DNA from: the human T2T-CHM13v2.0 reference genome, Homo sapiens | Direction of reading: 5' to 3' | Length of the DNA stretch: 64,000 bases | Assembly: GCA_009914755.4 (NCBI GenBank) | Contig: CP086569.2 | Coordinates: forward strand, 7,680,001 to 7,744,000 | In this document: positions 56,749-64,000 of the stretch, one piece after another | Numbering within the stretch: the first letter of the stretch is position 1 | Layout of the letters: each line of letters begins with the position of its first letter | The notes under the pieces: model-generated | What the model saw: only the letters and a program-made list of their open reading frames with translations | Database searches by the model: none | Told to the model about the DNA's origin: nothing | Position numbers and translations under genes: made by a program

Positions 56749-59700
56749 TTAAGGTTTTACATGATATACCTGAGTCTTATAATTCTTCATGAACTTTATA
56801 CTAGTAAAAATTCCACGGCTTTACCCAAGGACCTGAGACTGGCTATGAGAGTCAAAATATCGCTACTGGCTGGGTCCAGGTATGAAAGTTGTTGTGCATG
56901 TGTGCTTAACCCAGAGTGTTAAAATATTTCTACTGGGTTGGTCCAGTTATGAGAGTTATTATTGTGTATGTGTGCTTAACCTTGTATATGTCACAATTTC
57001 ACCTGTGAGCAGGGACAAGGCAGGGGAGTCATATTATCTAGGTGCTGAGCCAGTAATACAGTATAATCTCATTTGTAGGATAGGCCTAGTCAGAAAAATC
57101 ACACAACCTGGGTACAGCCTCAAATAATATGTCACCAAGTCTGCTATAGACAGGGAATAAGTATAAAATGAGAGTTACTCCACCTAGGTTCTGGGCTCTG
57201 TAGTATGTAATAATGTATCTTTTGGCTGAGTCTGGAATATGAAGGAGAGCCATATCACCTAGGTTTTGCAATAAGCAGCATGTCACATGTTTTTTAGTGA
57301 GCAGGACCCTGGCCAGGAGGAGAGTCACATGACATAAAGGTTTGGCCAAACAATATTTCACAATATCCTGCAGGGCAGGGCACAGGCAGGAGAGACAAGT
57401 AATCCAGCTTATGTGCCCAGAGATATGTGATAATATCCCAGGTTGGCAGGGTACAGGCAGGAGAGTCATATAATTATTCTAACTCAGCAATATGTCACAA
57501 TGTACCCATGGGAAGGTATTTAAGCAAAAAGTCTCAACATCTCATACTAGGCCTAAAAATATGCCAAATCTTTTGGTCTTTGAGGGTGACACCTTTAACA
57601 GGAACCGAAGTGTGTATATGACAGTCACAATCTCACATGTTTCCTGGGCTGTTGCATGACGCTCTACAACATTTGAAGGCTTTATATAGCATGCGTGAGA
57701 GTTGCAAACCACTCTGAGGCCTATATGTTCATATAGATTCACAGTCACACAAACTAACGTAACCCAGGTATAATGGTCTCTTCTGTAGGCTAGGATCAGG
57801 AATGAGACACATTATGATGTCTGTGAGCTGAATCCAGAAATGAGTCACCATCCCGCCTGTGGCCAGATCCACATATGAAATTCACAATTCCAACTTTGTA
57901 CTTTATTCTCCTGTTAGACTTAGGACCCTAACAGTGGGATTTGCATATGTGGTATGATAACAACATTCACTTTTACCTGGGTGTGGAATCGAGAGAATCC
58001 CAATCTGAACTTTTTGATGGGTCCTGGCTTAAAACTCTCTGTGCCATACTAGGAGATAATATATTATGAGTTAGTGTTGTAAGGCGCTGTGTGTTTGGTA
58101 CAAATAGCAATTCAGGACCTTAACTATTGCCCTAAGCCTAGCGATGAAAGGAAAAATAAATGATATTGGCTGAAACCCAACATAAGTTTTACTATCATGC
58201 CTGTAAACTGAAGTAAAGTATATATCATAGTCCCTTTTGTGGGCAAAAACTAGGTTGGCAGGTAAGATTGTTTAGCTGCTGTGCTAAGTAGCATATCACT
58301 AATTCCTAGGCACGGTATAAGAATTAGAGTCACATTAACTGGGTGCTGGACTCAGCAATATGAAACCATCCCAGCCAAGGGATGAGAGTCAAAACACACA
58401 CAATAAGCCCAGAATATGTTTAAAAAAGTTCTATGACTATGGGGCAGGCATGATAGATGAAATAATGTGCTGCTCTGAAATGACATTGTCAGGGTGCTGG
58501 TCTCAGCAATATGCCATAATTTTCTCTATATGCTGTACCCAGACAAAGGAGTAACATTGTCTCGAGGCTGGGCCATGCAATATGTCAAAAAGTCTGTTTG
58601 TGGGCATGGCTCTAGAAAAAAAAGTAGAGACAAATAAACTGAGTGATGAACTCAGCAATATTCCACAATAGCCCGATTATAAATACCAGGCGAAAAATAG
58701 CGTCATTTCACTTAGGTCATGGGCACAGAGATATATCCCACTGTTCCCAGGAGGCAAAGCCCAGACAGAAAAGGTGAATCATATCATGTAGGGACTTTCT
58801 TGGTTATATATCACATTCTAACGTGTGGGCAGACACCAAGCAGAAGAACCACATCACCTGGGTACAGCATCAAGCAATATGTCACCATCCCCTGTAAGGA
58901 CAGGTTTGAAGGAAAAAAAAGAGAATCACAACTCCTGGGTGCTGGGCTCAGCAATATATAATAATTTCCACTCTTAGCAGAATCCAGGACAAAGAGGAGA
59001 TTCATGTCACCTAGGTTTTGGATTTGGTGGTATGTCACACTTTCTTCAATGGGCAGGATCCAATTAGCAGAGGAGAGTCATATTTCCTAGATGCTATATC
59101 TAGCCATATGTCAGAATGTCCCCTGTGGGCAGGGCACTGGCAGGAGAGCCATATCAGCTAGCCAAAAGGACCAGAGATATATGAAAATATATGTTGTTTG
59201 CAGGGCCCATGCAGAAGTCACATTATCATGATTCTGACCCAGTGATATGTAACAATGTCCTTAAGAAAAAGAATTTAAACCTAACATCATAATACCAGGG
59301 TATTAGGCCAAGGGATATGACTCAATCTCCTCATCTTTAAGGGTGACACTACTAATTGTTGGCTACTTGTGTGTAGGAGAATCACAGTCTCATGTGCGTG
59401 CTGGCCATTGTATGACACTCCCTACAACATCTGAGTACTGTATACAACATGCATGAGAGTTGCAAGCCTCTCTGATGCCTACATGCTTATATGGATTTGC
59501 AAACTTAGATTCCCCTAAACCCACATATGACAGTCAACATCTCTCCTAAAGACTGGCTTAAAGAATTAGGCCACTATTATTTCTGTGAGCTGAGTCCAGA
59601 AATGAGTCATGATTCCACCTGTTGCCAGATTGACTTATGAAAATCACAATTCTGACATTGTGCTTTATTCACTCATTAGAATCAGGACATCAACAATGGG

Positions 59701-62700
59701 CTTTGTAAATGTAAGACAGTAACAATTTTTACTTTCACTTGTGTAGTCAGGAGTCACAATCCTGACTTTTTGCTGGGCCCTGTTATAAAAGTCTCTGTAC
59801 CACCCAAGAAGTTTGTATGATATGAGTTAGTGTTGTAAACTTCTGTGAGATTTGTAGAAATATGAATAAAGGACCTTATTGACCAAAACATAGTGGTTAG
59901 TGGCAAAATATTTCCTATTGGAAGAATCTCAGTATAAGTTTGATCATCATGCCTTTCAACTGGAGGACGGTATATGTCATAATCTTATTTGTGGGCTAAT
60001 AACTAGGCTGAAGGTTAACATCACTTAGGTACTGGGGCAAGTAATATGTCACAGTGCCCTCTCTAGGCAGGGCCTAGGGAATAAGGTCACATTAACTGGG
60101 GGCTGAAGCCAGCATTATAATACAACCACAGGTGGAAGAAACCCAGCAAAGTTATGAGAGCCAAAGCACTTAAAAAATTGGCCAAAGATATCCCAAAATA
60201 CTTCCTGTGGCTCAGGCACAAGCAGGAGAGTAATGTCATTAGTGTACTGGACCAAGCAATATGCCACAATTCCCTGTTTATGCATGACTTATGCAGAAAA
60301 GTAGCATCACCCATGTGTAGGACCCTGAAATATTGCAAAAGCCCTATTCATGAGCATTGTTCGGCAAGAAGACGAGAGTCATATTACCTAAGTGCTGAGC
60401 TCATCAATATGTCAAAATGTTTCTGTTGTTAAGACCCAGACAGAAGAGAGTCACATTACTTATGTCATGGGCTAAGAGGTGTGACCAAATGTCACCAGTA
60501 CACAGGGCTCAGGCAGAAAGAGTCAGATTACCTAAGTGTCTCTTTAAGTATATGTCACAATTTAATATGTGGGCAGAAACCAGGGTGAAGAGCCACATCT
60601 TCTCTTCCTGTATCCTGAGATACTCACAAGTCAGTCCCCCTTAGAAAAGAACATAGGCAAGTCAGTTACATCACCTAGGTCCCTGTTCCACTGTTATTTC
60701 ACAATGCTCCATGTGGTCAGGGACAAGCAGGACCAAGGACCAAGGCCAAGCACATCACCTAAGTGATAAGCTGAGAGATATGTCACAAAGCCTTTCTGAA
60801 AGCATGGCCCTGACAAAACAGCACCATTACCTTTGTGGCTGACCTAGCAATATGTCACTATTCAAGTAGGCAGTTCCCAAGCAGAAGAGCCATATCACCT
60901 CCATGATAGGAATTGTGATATGTCAACATGCCCTCTTTTGGGTATGGCCCTGGCAAAAGAGTATCATCACATGTGTGTCTGTCCTAGGAATATGTTATTT
61001 TGCCCTGTGTGCAGGATTCATTCCAGACAGGAGAGTTACATCTTCTAACTGATGTACAAAGTGATATGCCACGATGATATTTTCAGGCATGATGCGGCAA
61101 AATGTAACGACACCTTGATGCTGGATCCAGTGATGTCATAGTTCTTACTGAGAGGAGGGGCCAGGCAGAGAAGTCTCATCACTTCAAGTTTGGCCCAGGT
61201 AGATATACAAATCTCATATGTAGACTGGAATCAGTCTGAAGAGTGAAATCACACAGGTGCTTGCAAAGACTTACATCACAGTCACAATGAAATAAAATTC
61301 TAGGGATTAGATTTACAGTATCACACATGTCCTGTTTTCATGTAGGAGAGTTGCTTTCATCCATCTGTGATGGTGAAAGTCTTTACTGTCAGTTAGATGT
61401 GCATATGAGACTCAGAATTTCCTCTCTGTGCTAGTCCCTTTTATGACACTCTCTATACAACCCAAGGGTCCTATAAAATATGTGTGAGTGTTGTAATCTT
61501 CTGTGACATTTTTACCAGAATTAGACCCTGGACATCACTGATGTACCTCAACCTAGTTATATGGGTCAAAATTTCTCCTACTGGCTGCGTATATAAGAGT
61601 CAGTATCATATAAGAGTCAGTATCATGCCTGTTAGCTGTGTCTAGGTATATGGCACCAACCCCTCTGTGGTTATTAGACACAGAGGACAACAACATCACC
61701 TAAATCTTCAGCCACAAATAATCCAATATTCTCTTTGTAGGCAGGGATATAAAAGAAATGTCACAAAACTTGGGTGCTGGTCTCATTGATTTGTAAATTT
61801 TCCTATATCACATTGCCAAACAAGGTGTTATGCATTGCTCAGGTACTTGCTGCATGTATGTCACAGTTTCCACTGTGCTCTGAACCTAGAAAGGAGAGTC
61901 AAACACTCAGATGTTAGGCAAAGTAACATTTTCAATCACACACTTGAAAATGTTCAGAAATATGTTTCACAGTCCCACACAAGTTCTGTCTTTGAATATA
62001 AGAGTGAACATCTCCCATGAGTTGGGTCAAAGTACAGGAGTCACTGTCTCATCAATGGGCAAGCTCCATGTACACAAGCCCCATTCCCACTTGAAGATTG
62101 TATTCCAGAGAGTCAAAGCACCACATGTCTGCTGACTCATTGTTCAAACATCAAAAAACCACCTGTGGGCCAGTTTTATGTATGAGAGTAAAAATTTCAA
62201 GCTTCAACTGCCTATCTGTGTGAGATTTAGTACCTCATTCATAGACTGTTCATGTGAGAGAATGACAATTGTGTCAGCTGGATGTGCATCCAAGAGTCAC
62301 AACAGAACCTGGTTGCTGGTGCCTGTTAGGACACTCTATGTACTACTCAGGCTTTACGTGATATATCTGAGTAACATATTTTTCTGTGAATTCTTACAGG
62401 TAGGAGATCTAGGATTTTATCCATGTTCTTAAGTCTGGCTATGAGAGTCAAAATATCTTCCCTGGCTGGGTCTAGGTAGCAGAGTTATTATTTTGCATAT
62501 GAGCTTAATCAAGGTATAAGTGACAATTTCACCTTTGGACAGAGACAATCAGAAAAGTCATATCTTCTAGGCCCTGAGACAAGGATACACTATAACTTCC
62601 TCTGTAAGCAGGACCCAGTCAAAATAGTCATAAAAAATGGCTCAGTCTTAAATAATATGTCATAATGCCCACTGTATACAAGGTGGAAAAATAGTGGTAC

Positions 62701-64000
62701 CCCTAGGTACCACACTCAGCAATAGGTTATAATCTTTTCTCCTGGCAGTGTCCTGGACAAAGTAGAGAGTCACATCACCTAGTTTTGCACTCAATGGTAT
62801 GTCATTATTTCCTTAGTGGGCAGGATCCAGACAGGAGAGGAGAGTCATATTACCTAGATGCTATATCTAGTGATATGTCACAGTGTCCTCTGTGGGCAGG
62901 GCACTGGCAGGAGAGATATATCACCTAGCTGATAGTCCCAGAGATATGTGATAATATCCCCTGTTGTCTGGGTCCAAGCAGAGGAGTCATATTGTTATAA
63001 TTCTGACACAGCGATTTGTAACAATGCACCAAGAGAAAGAATTTGAGCCAAAAACTCTGAAAACCTGACTATTAGGTCCAGTGATACAACACAATCTTTT
63101 CGTCTTGTAAGATGATGCCTTTCACTTTTAGCTGAGCGTGTATATTAGAGTCAGAATCTCATGTGTATGCTGGGCCAGCGTATGACACTCTCTACAACAT
63201 CTGGCACTTTATAAAACCTCCTTGAGAGTTGCAATCCTCTCTGATGTTTTTATGCTCATGTGGACTCAAAATCATAAATATTGACCATGTTGGATAGACA
63301 ACATCTCTCCTATAGACAGGGCTAAAAGAGAACACTTATTATTATGTCAGTGATCTGGGTTCAGAAATGAGCAGCCATCGTATCTGTGGCCTGATCCACA
63401 TACAAAACCACAATTCCTACTTCACGCTGTATTCCCTTGTTAGAATCAGGACCTCAACAGTAGATATTGTAAATGTGGGATAGTGACTACTTTTAATTTC
63501 AATTGGGTGTGTAACTGAGAGTCTCAATCTGAAATTTTTGCTGGCCCTTGTTATGAAACTCTCTACCACAAAGAGTTTATACAATATAACTTACTGTTGT
63601 AAGATTCTTTGAGGTTGGTATCACTATGAAACACAGGACCTTACCTATTGTTTTAAGGTTAACGATGAGAGAAAAATATCTCCTATTGGCAGAATCCCAA
63701 TATAGATATAATCATCATGCCTGTAAACTGAAGCAAAGCATATGTCATAATCCCATTAGGAGCAAAAAGTTAGGCAGGAGGGTAACATTGCTTAAGTACT
63801 GTACAAACCAATATGTCACATTTCCTTCTGTAGGCAGGGCATAGGAAATTGGGTCACATTAACTGGGTGCTGGGCTCAGAAATACACCATCTCACACGTG
63901 AAAAACCCAGCCAAGTTATGTGAGGCAAAACACCTGCATAATGGGGCCAAGATATGTCAAAATACCTTCAATGGCTCCTACAGAGGCAGGAGGGACACAT
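56749..64000 (-). repeat. Beta-satellite-like array, '-' orientation
   Basis: Same monomer family in reverse complement. 56749-58190 is paralogous to 53600-54958; 61860-63100 is paralogous to 280-1440. Confidence 0.6.

Overview
The window is human or primate genomic DNA from a satellite-rich, pericentromere-like region. About 52 of the 64 kb is a diverged beta-satellite-like tandem array (Sau3A/BSR type). Monomers are about 68-77 bp, with the recurring core ATTGTGACATAT...CAGCACC.AGGTGATGTGACTCTCCTGCCTGG. I call the strand showing that core '+'.

The array switches orientation several times:
- 1-1445 is '-' orientation.
- 1446-44660 is '+' orientation. It is interrupted by three L1 insertions (one a twin-priming type with a 15-bp TSD), several Alus and an ancient LINE-like block.
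- 44661-49110 is a 4.4-kb non-satellite island. It holds a decayed C2H2 zinc-finger array pseudogene on the minus strand (about 44930-45990), an Alu, a young AluY, and an inverted copy of the ancient LINE-like block.
- 49111-64000 is '-' orientation, containing a 1.8-kb re-inverted duplicated segment (54959-56748).

No intact protein-coding gene is supported. Every long ORF in the six-frame track is an L1 ORF2 fragment, an out-of-frame read through the zinc-finger relic, or a chance ORF in satellite. The ORF track uses alternative start codons, for example TTG at 2530.

A ZNF relic sitting between inverted beta-satellite arms with nested L1 and Alu insertions resembles the chr19p12 KRAB-ZNF/beta-satellite landscape. 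Locus assignment cannot be verified without alignment. All repeat-family names are from my reading of the sequence, not from a database search.
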